A stretch of DNA of 59,022 nucleotides from a virus (taxonomy: Duplodnaviria; Caudoviricetes): positions 1 to 59,022 of the IMG/VR virus record IMGVR_UViG_3300000517_000182; one strand, given 5' to 3'. The notes beneath the pieces were generated by a model. The model had not been told where the DNA came from and made no database searches. It saw nothing but the letters and a program-made list of their open reading frames with translations. Shown here one piece after another: positions 10,377 to 20,093 of the stretch (position 1 is its first letter; the number at the start of each line of letters is the position of its first letter). The position numbers and the translations under genes are program-made.

Positions 10377-10570
10377 TGCTGTTAGACGAACTCAAAATCT
10401 ATACTTCAAACGAAGAAGATCGTGTTTTAGAAAAAATAGACCAAGCGCATTCTATTGAAACTTTTAACGCACGAGATCGTTTCGTAATTGAAAACCTCAT
10501 ACGCAAGAGTTTGGTAATTAAAATACCCTATCAAAATTCTTATCTTGTGGTAAAAAATGAATTTAATTAA
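10376..10570 (+). CDS. Phage hypothetical protein
   Basis: Coupled ORF. Confidence 0.6.
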   Translation: MLLDELKIYTSNEEDRVLEKIDQAHSIETFNARDRFVIENLIRKSLVIKIPYQNSYLVVKNEFN

Positions 10571-10967
10571 AGAAATTGAAAATCTAATTGACTCACCTGT
10601 TGATCCTTCTCTGTTTCCTGTCAAGAAAGGAAATAGAATTTTCTTACTAGACTGCGTGATAAAAAAACAAAACGGCGTATATCAAGTCTTTAAAAACAAA
10701 ACACTTCAAAAACAGTTCTACACTAAAATTGCTGCTGTTGCCTACGCTAAAAACAGCCATCGAAAAAATACTAACGATTTAGAAATTCAAAGACTAGACC
10801 GCTTGCTGGAGAAGAATCTCATAGATTGTGTTTTTTATAGAAATCAAATAGAAAACACAGAAAAAGAAGAAACACGTCAATGTACGAAAATTAGATTCGA
10901 AGACTCCCGCGCTCATATCAAGGATATACGTGACAAGTTGCGGTCATTTATATTCCCTCAAAGCTAA
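10557..10967 (+). CDS. Phage hypothetical protein
   Basis: Overlapping ORF in the operon. Confidence 0.6.
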   Translation: MNLIKEIENLIDSPVDPSLFPVKKGNRIFLLDCVIKKQNGVYQVFKNKTLQKQFYTKIAAVAYAKNSHRKNTNDLEIQRLDRLLEKNLIDCVFYRNQIENTEKEETRQCTKIRFEDSRAHIKDIRDKLRSFIFPQS

Positions 10968-10997
10968 ATACACTTAACAAATACTAGGAAGAGTATA

Positions 10998-12545
10998 ATG
11001 AACATCAGTGACATTTCAAAACCTGTGACAGCAAAAGCACTTAATGAAAGTTTAGAAAAACGTTTTGGTAAGAGAATTAGACTAGAAGATTTTTCTCTTG
11101 ACCAACTTTACAATGCTCGTAATAAACTAAGAACAACCCTTAGTCAAATTGAAACAAATGAATCATTCGGCGCTGTTCATCATTCAGACAGCTATCAGAA
11201 AAACAGACTCTTCCTAGATGTTTTAAATGCTGAAATCAATGAACGTGAAGCAGTTCAAGTCACAGAGAAAGCAGAATCAGAAGCACAGCAGAAAGCAGCA
11301 GGCGCAGCATTAGCAGCGAAGCGCGGTGAGATTCCTGTATCTGAGCTGGTAGGTGCTTCGAAAGAAATGTATGACAGCATGAGCGAAAAGGACCTAGAAG
11401 ACTTCGCGGGCACAAAACACAAAGGCATTCCTGCCAAGAAAGGAGAATCTGTCGAAGAAGGCGCTACTGATACAAAGGCCAAAATGAAGCAAATTCTATC
11501 TGGCTTTAAGCCTATATCAAAGTCAGAAAAAGTCGTCAAAGCATTCAGTTACAAGCCTGGCAAAGAGTTCGAATCGATTCCAGTCGTCATCACAAAAGAT
11601 CCAAAGGTCGATGAAGAAACAGATTATCCCTTTGCTTTGTATATCAAGAGCGACGATTCGAGCGAAATGCTTCATCATGAATACTACGACAATATGGAAA
11701 CTGCTATTTCAGATGCCAAGCATGAAATAAAAGACAAGATTGACCGTCCAAGAGACGACAACTACATTCCGGGACAACAGAGACTGCCTTTTGAAGGAGC
11801 ATTTGACGACGATGTTCCGCCAGAAGATCACAACGACCTAGACTATGAGGGTGGCATGGCACACAAACAACTTTCTACAATCGAAGATGCTGCCGACGAA
11901 CTCGGTGAAATTATTCAAACAGACGAAAATCTACCAGAGTGGGTTCAAAAGAAAATTGTTCTTGCAATGAGCTATATCGACACAGCAAGAGATTATATGA
12001 AATCTGCAAACGAAGTAGATCAAGAAAGAGGAATGCCAATGGAGTCTGCTCTGAGAGAAGGCGCAGAAGAACAAGCAGAACTTGTTATGGCTGCCAAGAA
12101 CATGGTAGATAAAATCACAGGCTGGATGGAAGACACAGCAGAAATGCAGACAGAATCCATGCTTGAGCTGGGTGATTCGATTCGCGACGAACTTGGTGAA
12201 AACGAGTCAGAACAATTTACTTCTACCGTGAAGCCTGCGCTCGAAAGCCTTTATCAATCACTAGAACAGACACGTGAGACTCTTGTATCAGGTGTAAGAC
12301 TTGTCGCAGGCGAAGAAGTTCAAGACATGCCTGGTGACGACCTTGACACAGAAATGGAACCAACCGTTGATCAAGAAGAAGGAGATCTTGACCTTGACCT
12401 AGACACTGAAGGCGGTGAAGAGGAAGATGAATTCGCTGCTGCAGAACCAGCTGCAGGCGGCGAGGAAGAAGCAGGACGTGAAAAACGTGAATCTGTAGAG
12501 CGTTCAAGACGCCTTGCATCGCTGCTAACTTCAAAAAAAAAGTAA
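10998..12545 (+). CDS. Acidic modular late protein (prohead core/scaffold-like) with an embedded DUF3008-like segment
   Basis: TAAATA at 10965; very acidic; repeated xxES/xxEG junctions; AQQKAAGAALAAKRGE segment. Confidence 0.6.
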   Translation: MNISDISKPVTAKALNESLEKRFGKRIRLEDFSLDQLYNARNKLRTTLSQIETNESFGAVHHSDSYQKNRLFLDVLNAEINEREAVQVTEKAESEAQQKAAGAALAAKRGEIPVSELVGASKEMYDSMSEKDLEDFAGTKHKGIPAKKGESVEEGATDTKAKMKQILSGFKPISKSEKVVKAFSYKPGKEFESIPVVITKDPKVDEETDYPFALYIKSDDSSEMLHHEYYDNMETAISDAKHEIKDKIDRPRDDNYIPGQQRLPFEGAFDDDVPPEDHNDLDYEGGMAHKQLSTIEDAADELGEIIQTDENLPEWVQKKIVLAMSYIDTARDYMKSANEVDQERGMPMESALREGAEEQAELVMAAKNMVDKITGWMEDTAEMQTESMLELGDSIRDELGENESEQFTSTVKPALESLYQSLEQTRETLVSGVRLVAGEEVQDMPGDDLDTEMEPTVDQEEGDLDLDLDTEGGEEEDEFAAAEPAAGGEEEAGREKRESVERSRRLASLLTSKKK

Positions 12546-12577
12546 ATGAAAGCGATCCGCAAACACAGAAAATAGTT

Positions 12578-12919
12578 ATGGCTTTAAGAACCATTAAAGG
12601 TTCTGCAGAGTCTAAAAAACAGCCTGTTTTTGCACATTTCGATAAACCTACCCCAGAAACCAAAAAGCCCGATTCTATCAATGTCAATATTAACGACATT
12701 ATGGAAAAGATGGGTCTTCCTCAATTTACCTACGATTCATTCAAAGCAGCCTACGATGCTGATCCACAAATACAAGAAATTGTAGATAACTTTAGTTCTG
12801 AAGGCATTGAAATAAATGCTGAAGAAAAGGATGACGGTGTTGTAGATAAAGACACAGACAGTAACGCTGTTAGCAAGATGGCCAAGGCAGCTACTGATCT
12901 TTCCGACAATATAGGTTGA
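12578..12919 (+). CDS. Hypothetical protein, possibly the -1 frameshift extension of 10998..12545
   Basis: No SD; frame open back to the A9 run at 12533-12541. Confidence 0.65.
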   Translation: MALRTIKGSAESKKQPVFAHFDKPTPETKKPDSINVNINDIMEKMGLPQFTYDSFKAAYDADPQIQEIVDNFSSEGIEINAEEKDDGVVDKDTDSNAVSKMAKAATDLSDNIG

Positions 12920-12943
12920 CACAAATTCTTAATCTCGTATAAT
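12916..12943 (+). promoter_or_regulatory. Sigma70-type promoter
   Basis: TTGACA-N16-TATAAT. Confidence 0.8.
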
Positions 12944-12968
12944 TGTATGATTACAAAAAGGATTTTCT

Positions 12969-13673
12969 GTGACTTTAATTGTTGAAAAATTTAACTATCC
13001 CGAAATAAAACGCAAGAATGTAGACGGCAAAAGAAAATATCTAACCCCCGACGGCAACGCAGTTGCTAGTGTAACTACTATACTAGATGCCACGGCAGAT
13101 AAAACCGGCCTGCTAGAATGGCGCAAGAGAGTAGGCGAACACAAAGCAAACGAAATTACCAAAGAAGCTGCTGCTATTGGTACACGTTTGCACAAGTATC
13201 TAGAAGACTATGTTGAAAAAGGGGAGTGGCCAGAACCCGGTTCCAATCCTTATTCTAAAAAAGCACACTGCATGGCATCTAAAATCAAACAGGAAGCCTT
13301 TCCTAAAATAACAGAAGTATGGGGTTCTGAAGTTAATCTCTATATGCCAAATATGTATGCGGGAACCACCGACTTGGTAGGAACATACAACGGCAAACCT
13401 GCAATTATGGACTTCAAGCAGGCGAATAAAAAGAAAAAAATAGAATGGATCGAAAACTATTTCTTACAGCTAGTGGCCTATGCAGAGTGCCATAATGAAC
13501 TCTACGGCACAAATATACAGGAAGGACATATCTTTATGTGTACTCGCGGCACAAACAACCTAGAACTGGGCGGAGAAGAATACCAGCAGTTTGATATATG
13601 GCCTGCAGACTATGCAGAATGGCGTCACGAATGGTATAACCGGGTATATGCCTACTATGAACAATCTGTTTGA
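12969..13673 (+). CDS. PD-(D/E)XK exonuclease
   Basis: SVTTIL, GTRLH, AGTTDL, MDFK and QLVAY motifs. Confidence 0.8.
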   Translation: MTLIVEKFNYPEIKRKNVDGKRKYLTPDGNAVASVTTILDATADKTGLLEWRKRVGEHKANEITKEAAAIGTRLHKYLEDYVEKGEWPEPGSNPYSKKAHCMASKIKQEAFPKITEVWGSEVNLYMPNMYAGTTDLVGTYNGKPAIMDFKQANKKKKIEWIENYFLQLVAYAECHNELYGTNIQEGHIFMCTRGTNNLELGGEEYQQFDIWPADYAEWRHEWYNRVYAYYEQSV

Positions 13674-13702
13674 GCGATAAATACTTTAAACAGGAGAATA
13701 GA

Positions 13703-15361
13703 GTGGCGGTTGTACAAATCTCGAGGATACAGCATAGAAGAGGTCAAAAAAACACAGGTTCTGGATTGCCACAACTTGCATCAGGCGAACTAGGCTGGGC
13801 AATAGACACAAGAGAACTTTACATAGGAAACGGCTCTGTTTCCGAAGGAGCTCCTGCCGTAGGTAACACAAAGATACTTACGGAATTTGACAATATCTTT
13901 GCAGTCGCCAGCACCTATACCTATAGACAAGATGACGGATCTCTACTTACCGGACCAAACTCTTCTTCTCCTGTAGAAAGAAATCTTCAACAACGATTAG
14001 ACGACAGAGTTTCTGTAAGAGCATTCGGAGCAAGAGGCGACGGTTCCGGAGATGACACAGCAGCACTTCAGAGAGCAATTGACCAACTCTACCTCAACAC
14101 TGACAAAGCGACACCTAAAAGTAGAGTTGTATTGCACGTCGAAGCGGGCACTTACAATCTATCAGACACACTATATATTCCGCCTTATGCAACTATAAAA
14201 GGCGCCGGCTCTGGCAAAACTGTGTTCAAACAGGTTTCTTCTGTTCCTGTTGCTATCCAAACCGTAAATGCTTTCAGCACACCTGGAAACTACTTTAATT
14301 TTGCCGACGATGATGCATACGGCGACAACACTTCTCTACAGAATCAAACACAAAATATTTTGTTCGAAGGCTTAACAATAGAACTGTTTGATAATTCAAA
14401 AGCCATGGTTTTAGAAAATTGTGTTCATAGTGTCTTTCGAGACATTGCAGTAAAAGGAACATGGGAAGTTTCAGATTCTGTTGTAAACGATAACATTGGT
14501 TTAGAAATTACTTCTCTTAGTTCTGTAGTAGAGTCAAAAAACAACGCCTTTGAAGATTGTGCTTTCACTGGATTTTCATATGCTGTGAAATCAGATTATG
14601 ATATAGACAATCATGTTTTTGATAATTGCCTGTTTAATCTTTGTGGTTTTGGAATAGTGTTTGGGCAGGGCACGATCATTGGAAATCCGGGACAGGCGAC
14701 AGGACCTGTCAATAACACCATTAAAAATACGACTTTTAGAGACATTAATCAACAGGCTATTTGGGTTATACAAGGCAAATATAACGTCAGTGAGAACAAT
14801 GTTTTTGAACTTGTAGGCAATATGGCAGGTAGTGATTTAACGCCTTCTACTCACATTGTTCAATTTGATACAAAAACGAACAAGAGCATAGGCGATTATT
14901 TTTCACGCACGGCAGTTTTAATTTCTGGTGCAGCATCCTCTACTGTTCCTTATATTTCGGAAATCGGAGGCGCAGCGGATTACGAATTACACTTTGAAAA
15001 CGAAGTAGATTTTGGTAGGCAAACTGTTGCACAGAGAATATTTAGGCTGCCGGGTATCATAAACCAATCCTATGAAATTGACTATATGATGGTAACAGAC
15101 AGTAAGTTTACTCGAAAAGGAACACTTTCTCTTGTAACCTACGAGCCTGATAATTCTGTGCAAATATACGATGAATATTTTTATGTAGGTGAAGAAGATA
15201 ACAACAATCTTGAAGCAGTAGAATTTGAAGCGCAGCTAAGAGATCATAGTTCGAGCGGCGGTTTCGATACTATTGATGTCAAGGCTACGTCCGACCTACA
15301 AGTTAATGATAGAACTTACATGACATTTATGATAAAAGCACATCGATCAGATATTATTTGA
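13703..15361 (+). CDS. Tail/baseplate-associated protein with pectate-lyase-like beta-helix
   Basis: RIQHRRG..LASGELGW..LYIGNG N-terminus; SVRAFGARGDGSGDDTAALQRAI; GTG start after AGGAG. Confidence 0.7.
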   Translation: MAVVQISRIQHRRGQKNTGSGLPQLASGELGWAIDTRELYIGNGSVSEGAPAVGNTKILTEFDNIFAVASTYTYRQDDGSLLTGPNSSSPVERNLQQRLDDRVSVRAFGARGDGSGDDTAALQRAIDQLYLNTDKATPKSRVVLHVEAGTYNLSDTLYIPPYATIKGAGSGKTVFKQVSSVPVAIQTVNAFSTPGNYFNFADDDAYGDNTSLQNQTQNILFEGLTIELFDNSKAMVLENCVHSVFRDIAVKGTWEVSDSVVNDNIGLEITSLSSVVESKNNAFEDCAFTGFSYAVKSDYDIDNHVFDNCLFNLCGFGIVFGQGTIIGNPGQATGPVNNTIKNTTFRDINQQAIWVIQGKYNVSENNVFELVGNMAGSDLTPSTHIVQFDTKTNKSIGDYFSRTAVLISGAASSTVPYISEIGGAADYELHFENEVDFGRQTVAQRIFRLPGIINQSYEIDYMMVTDSKFTRKGTLSLVTYEPDNSVQIYDEYFYVGEEDNNNLEAVEFEAQLRDHSSSGGFDTIDVKATSDLQVNDRTYMTFMIKAHRSDII

Positions 15362-15786
15362 TGTTTTCAAACATTCAATCATTCGAACAACGTCTTGCCT
15401 CCTGGGCAAAATACAGAGAAGAGATACCTGAACAAGCAGATCCAATCCAAGCCACGATCGACTTGTATGAGCAAGCACCTTGGGTAAGTATTCACACAGA
15501 TCCATATGATCGTTCTACTTGGCCAAACCCCTGGGAATTGATCAAAGAAAATCAGTACTGTGAGTTTTGTAAACTGCTAGGAATATGTTATACTTTACAA
15601 TTAACTGACTGCTTTTCGGAGGAGGAGTTCGAGATACATATACGACGCAGCGACGGAACAGGAGAGCTTTATTACTTGCTCTTTGTAGGTGAAAGAGTCG
15701 TTGGCTATAATGGAGAGACACATGTTGCAAATTCTGAACTCCCTTCTGATCTTAAACTGCAACACCGATATACAGTGTCTCTCTAA
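15358..15786 (+). CDS. Phage hypothetical protein
   Basis: Coupled ORF; WPNPWELI motif. Confidence 0.65.
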   Translation: MMFSNIQSFEQRLASWAKYREEIPEQADPIQATIDLYEQAPWVSIHTDPYDRSTWPNPWELIKENQYCEFCKLLGICYTLQLTDCFSEEEFEIHIRRSDGTGELYYLLFVGERVVGYNGETHVANSELPSDLKLQHRYTVSL

Positions 15787-15868
15787 CACACGAAGTAGAT
15801 AAGAACACAGGTGCCTCGTCTGAAGGACGACGAAGTCATCACCATCTAAAAAATAAGGAGAAAAAGAA

Positions 15869-16840
15869 ATGCTATTCGAACCACAGATATCAAGAAAGCC
15901 AGATTTGTATCCTTGGACCAAAAAGTTCATTGATGCTATATGGGCAGGCTTTTGGACCCCAGACGAGTTTAACTTTCGTTCAGACTATTCGCAGTTTAAA
16001 CAGGAACTTACACAGGAAGAGCAGGAAGTTATTGTAAGAGCTCTATCAGCAATTGGGCAAATAGAAGTTGCTGTTAAAAGTTTCTGGGCAAATGTAGGCA
16101 CGCATCTACCGCATCCTTCTATAAATGATCTTGGATACGCAATGGCCAACTCTGAAGTCATTCACAATATGGCCTATGAGAAGTTGCTTGATGTTCTGCA
16201 TCTTACTCACGTGTTCGAAGAAAACCTAAATGAAGAGGTTATTCGCGGCAGAGTAAATTACCTACGCAAATACAACGAAAAAGTTTATGAAGATGATAAA
16301 AAGCAGTTCATTTATTCAATTATTCTCTTTACATTGTTCGTAGAAAATGTTAGTCTATTTTCACAGTTTTACATAATTCTGCACTTCAACAGAAACAAAG
16401 CTGTGCTAAAAGATTGTGCCCAACAGGTACAATACACAAGAAACGAAGAAATGTTACACGCTCAGGTAGGAATACAGTTAATTAACACTTTGAGAGAAGA
16501 GTATCCAGAGATGTTTGATGCGGAGCTCGAAAGCCGTATCCAAGAAGAAATCCAAGACAGCCTCGCAGCTGAAAGTCGTGTCATTGACTGGATGGTAGGC
16601 GATTACGCTGTAGAAGGTCTTAATGCAGAAATTCTAAAAGCATTTGTTGCAAAGAGAATGAAAGAATCAATGGAACAGATCGGCTTTGATCATTCCATGA
16701 TCGAAATCAACAAAGAACTTGCTGATGAGACTTTTTGGTTCGACGAAGCTCTTCTTGGTGCTACTATGACTGATTTCTTCCAGAAGCGTCCGGTAGAATA
16801 CTCCAAGGGACAAGGAATTGCAGCAGACGAACTATTTTAA
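15869..16840 (+). CDS. nrdB: Ribonucleotide reductase class I beta subunit
   Basis: FWTPDE, EVIH..Y and EEMLH di-metal motifs; DFFQKRPVEY C-terminus. Confidence 0.93.
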   Translation: MLFEPQISRKPDLYPWTKKFIDAIWAGFWTPDEFNFRSDYSQFKQELTQEEQEVIVRALSAIGQIEVAVKSFWANVGTHLPHPSINDLGYAMANSEVIHNMAYEKLLDVLHLTHVFEENLNEEVIRGRVNYLRKYNEKVYEDDKKQFIYSIILFTLFVENVSLFSQFYIILHFNRNKAVLKDCAQQVQYTRNEEMLHAQVGIQLINTLREEYPEMFDAELESRIQEEIQDSLAAESRVIDWMVGDYAVEGLNAEILKAFVAKRMKESMEQIGFDHSMIEINKELADETFWFDEALLGATMTDFFQKRPVEYSKGQGIAADELF

Positions 16841-16862
16841 AACAGAAACAAAGGGGATAAGA

Positions 16863-18542
16863 ATGAGTTTTGATTGGTTGAACCAAGACTCTCGTACTTT
16901 TTTGTCGAGAGGCTACCTAGATGAAGGTCAGAGTGCAGAAGACAGAATTAGAGAAATCGCAGACACTGCTGAACGATTTTTAGATGTAGAAGGATTTGCA
17001 GACAAGTTCTATGATTATATGGGGAGAGGATTCTATTCGCTTTCTTCTCCTGTATGGTCAAACTTTGGCAACAACAAAGGCCTGCCAATCTCCTGTAACG
17101 GTGTTTATGTAGGAGATGAGATTTCCAAGATCATGGGCAAGGCATCTGAAGTTGCAATGCAGACCAAGCACGGTGCTGGCACTTCTGGTTACTTTGGTAA
17201 CATTCGTCCTCGTGGTTCTGAAATCAAAACAGGTGGTGTAGCAGACGGTCCTGTGCATTTTATGAACATCTTTGAAAGTGTCACAGATGTAATTTCACAG
17301 GGCTCTGTTCGCCGCGGCTCTTTTGCTGCATACACAGACATTGAACATCCTGATGTAGAAGAATTCCTTGAGATTAGAGAAGTTGGTCATTCTATTCAAA
17401 ATATGAGCCTTGGTCTTTGCATCTCTGACGCCTGGATGGAGGCAATGATTGAAGAAGGTGAGCGTGTCAAGGCAGGCGAGCTGGCTTCTACTGATGCTAA
17501 AAAACTCCAGCTTTGGGCCAGAGTAATGCGCAAACGCAAGGAAAGCGGTTATCCCTATCTATTCTTTACTGACAATGTCAATAACGGGAAGCCCAGAGTC
17601 TTAAAAGACAAGAACAGAAAAGTTTATGCATCAAACCTCTGCTCTGAGATTTGCTTGCCATCCGCAGACGACGAAAGTTTTGTTTGTAATTTGGCATCAA
17701 TGAATGTTCTTACCTACGACGAGTGGAAGAACACAGACGCAGTTGAAACACTGACATACTTTCTCGATGCTGTTATGACAGATTATATCAACAAGACAGC
17801 AGAGATTCCTTTCATGGAAAGTTCATACAACTTTGCCAAGCGTTGGAGAGCTCTTGGAATCGGACAGTTAGGCTGGCATTCCTATCTGCAATCCAAAATG
17901 ATTCCTTTTGAATCATTCCAAGCAGCAAGTCTCGCAGCAGAGATTTCCAAGTTTATGGACGAACGTTCTCACAAGGCAAGTGTAGATATGGCAGCTCGCT
18001 ATGGAGAGCCAGACGGAATGATTGGTTATGGTGAGAGAAACCTTACTCGTCTTGCTATCGCACCAACAACTTCAAGTTCTTTCATTCTTGGACAGGTATC
18101 ACCTTCCATTGAACCTCTGCGTTCTAACTACTTCACAAAGGATCTAGCAAAGGGTTCTTTTACCTATAAGAATCCTTACCTCGAAAAGGTATTAGAATCC
18201 TATGGCAAGAACGATGAAGAAACCTGGATGAGCATCCTTACTAATAATGGTTCTGTTCAGCATTTAGATTTCTTAGGTGAGACAGAGAAAGCAGTGTTCG
18301 CTACTTTTGACGAGATTACACCTATCACAATTGTTCAGCAGGCAGCGGCAAGGCAGCGTCACATAGATCAAAGTCAAAGTCTTAATCTTATGATTCCGCC
18401 TGACGCTCCTGTTAAGGATGTGAATGCTCTTATTATTGAGGGATGGAGACTGGGAATAAAAACATTCTATTATCAACGTTCTTCCAATCCTGCTCAGGAA
18501 CTTGTGAGAGATATTATGAGTTGTGAGGCTTGTGAAGCATGA
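16863..18542 (+). CDS. nrdA: Ribonucleotide reductase class I alpha subunit (short, no obvious ATP cone)
   Basis: PISC, SNLCSEI, VCNL, IAPT, KTFYY and C-terminal CEAC. Confidence 0.93.
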   Translation: MSFDWLNQDSRTFLSRGYLDEGQSAEDRIREIADTAERFLDVEGFADKFYDYMGRGFYSLSSPVWSNFGNNKGLPISCNGVYVGDEISKIMGKASEVAMQTKHGAGTSGYFGNIRPRGSEIKTGGVADGPVHFMNIFESVTDVISQGSVRRGSFAAYTDIEHPDVEEFLEIREVGHSIQNMSLGLCISDAWMEAMIEEGERVKAGELASTDAKKLQLWARVMRKRKESGYPYLFFTDNVNNGKPRVLKDKNRKVYASNLCSEICLPSADDESFVCNLASMNVLTYDEWKNTDAVETLTYFLDAVMTDYINKTAEIPFMESSYNFAKRWRALGIGQLGWHSYLQSKMIPFESFQAASLAAEISKFMDERSHKASVDMAARYGEPDGMIGYGERNLTRLAIAPTTSSSFILGQVSPSIEPLRSNYFTKDLAKGSFTYKNPYLEKVLESYGKNDEETWMSILTNNGSVQHLDFLGETEKAVFATFDEITPITIVQQAAARQRHIDQSQSLNLMIPPDAPVKDVNALIIEGWRLGIKTFYYQRSSNPAQELVRDIMSCEACEA

Positions 18543-18778
18543 GTGCTATAGTATGGAGTAAGAATGGTTGTATGTTCTGCGAGTGGGCCAAAGAGCTGCT
18601 CGCAGACTATAACATTTCGTATGAAGAAAGAAATATCTCTCGAGGCAATTGGACACGAGAGCAGTTACAGGAAGCAGCACCAGGAACCAAGACCGTACCA
18701 CAGATATTTATAGACGGTAAGTATATTGGAGGCTTTACAGAACTTAAAGCACACATGAAAAAGCAGGAGGCTGAATGA
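18539..18778 (+). CDS. Glutaredoxin
   Basis: CMFC, TVPQIF and IGG motifs. Confidence 0.9.
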   Translation: MSAIVWSKNGCMFCEWAKELLADYNISYEERNISRGNWTREQLQEAAPGTKTVPQIFIDGKYIGGFTELKAHMKKQEAE

Positions 18779-19062
18779 TTATTGAAACCCCATACAAGCA
18801 GGGAGATGCTATTACGGTAAAACTGACTTCTGGAGAAGAACTTGTGACTCGTTTCGAAGAAGACAAGCCAGAAGGTATCAAAGTGTCCAAGCCGATGAGT
18901 TTGACAGCAACGCAGGAAGGTATAGGACTTGCACCGTTTGTTTTTACTATTGACCCTGAAACACCTTTTGTAATTAACAACTCTGCGATTGTTTGTGTAG
19001 CTAAGACAGAAGAACAGATGGCAACACAATACATTCAAAATACGACAGGACTTAGCGTATGA
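18775..19062 (+). CDS. Small beta-rich phage protein (Sm-like fold candidate)
   Basis: VKLTSGEELV pattern. Confidence 0.5.
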   Translation: MIIETPYKQGDAITVKLTSGEELVTRFEEDKPEGIKVSKPMSLTATQEGIGLAPFVFTIDPETPFVINNSAIVCVAKTEEQMATQYIQNTTGLSV

Positions 19063-19760
19063 GTTTAGCTGCTTTACAGGCAGCAGCAGATTCTGCTAGC
19101 GCAGCCGCCGAAACAGCTATTGCTGACACTTGCACCTTTGCCGGCGGCTCTTGCGATGTAATGGGAACACTAGGAAGCCTATCTCCAGAAATAGGTGACG
19201 TTGCTTCTTCCGCTCAGGAATCTATATCTAAAATGGTAGAGCCTCTCGCTGGAGTATCACAAATGCTCACAGGAGCAGTTGACAATCTGAAATCAGAAAT
19301 TGCCGCTGCTATTCCTAATATAGATCCTTCATTGCCGTTAGATAGTTTACCTATAGACGATTTAAGTTCGCTTGGAGGTGATCTTCAAGGAAAAATAGCA
19401 GGATTAACTTCTTCGTTTGGAGAAATAAGCGGATCGATCGCGTCTTCTGTATCAGGATCACTAGGGTCACTCGAAGGTGCTCTAGCAGAAGTGAGAGAGT
19501 CTATTAGTTTTTCACTAGACGTTCAAGGAGGAGCAACCTGTCCTGCATTAAACGGTGTTTTAGAAGGCCTGCCTGCAGGTATATCGCCTAGTATAGATAG
19601 CATTACTGGCGCAGCAGCAGGCGGAGGCCTAGGCGAATCTGCGAATGCCACCGCCGCAGCCGCTGCCAATAACATGAAATCTCTAGCAGAACAATCTCTA
19701 GCAAATACCAATGCTCTTATGTCTAATATAAGTGGTAGTTTAGGAGGATTTGGAGTTTGA
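19059..19760 (+). CDS. Ala/Gly/Ser-rich protein next to PAAR
   Basis: Low-complexity coupled ORF. Confidence 0.6.
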   Translation: MSLAALQAAADSASAAAETAIADTCTFAGGSCDVMGTLGSLSPEIGDVASSAQESISKMVEPLAGVSQMLTGAVDNLKSEIAAAIPNIDPSLPLDSLPIDDLSSLGGDLQGKIAGLTSSFGEISGSIASSVSGSLGSLEGALAEVRESISFSLDVQGGATCPALNGVLEGLPAGISPSIDSITGAAAGGGLGESANATAAAAANNMKSLAEQSLANTNALMSNISGSLGGFGV

Positions 19761-20062
19761 ATAGAGGATCAGCAAGGCTAAATGATCAAACTCTTGGCAA
19801 TTGTTCTGTCCACGGCAGCAATATAAAAGGCAAGATTATCTCTGCTTCTCCTAACATCGAAGTAAATGGAAGAGGACTTGCAAGACTAGGCGATAAAGTT
19901 TTAGCAGATTGCGGACACGAAGCAGAAATAATCACAGCATCGTCTACCGAAGATCCTAACAATAAAAGTGGCACTGCTAGATTAAACGACAAGGTAGGTA
20001 ATTCTCCTTATGAAGCAAAAATTATCACTGCTTCTAATGACACATTTCCTAATCCTGATTGA
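19757..20062 (+). CDS. PAAR-like spike tip protein
   Basis: Three ARLND/ARLGD repeats with Cys/His. Confidence 0.8.
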   Translation: MNRGSARLNDQTLGNCSVHGSNIKGKIISASPNIEVNGRGLARLGDKVLADCGHEAEIITASSTEDPNNKSGTARLNDKVGNSPYEAKIITASNDTFPNPD

Positions 20063-20093
20063 CAACCTTTCTCTTTGATAATAAAATTAAACA

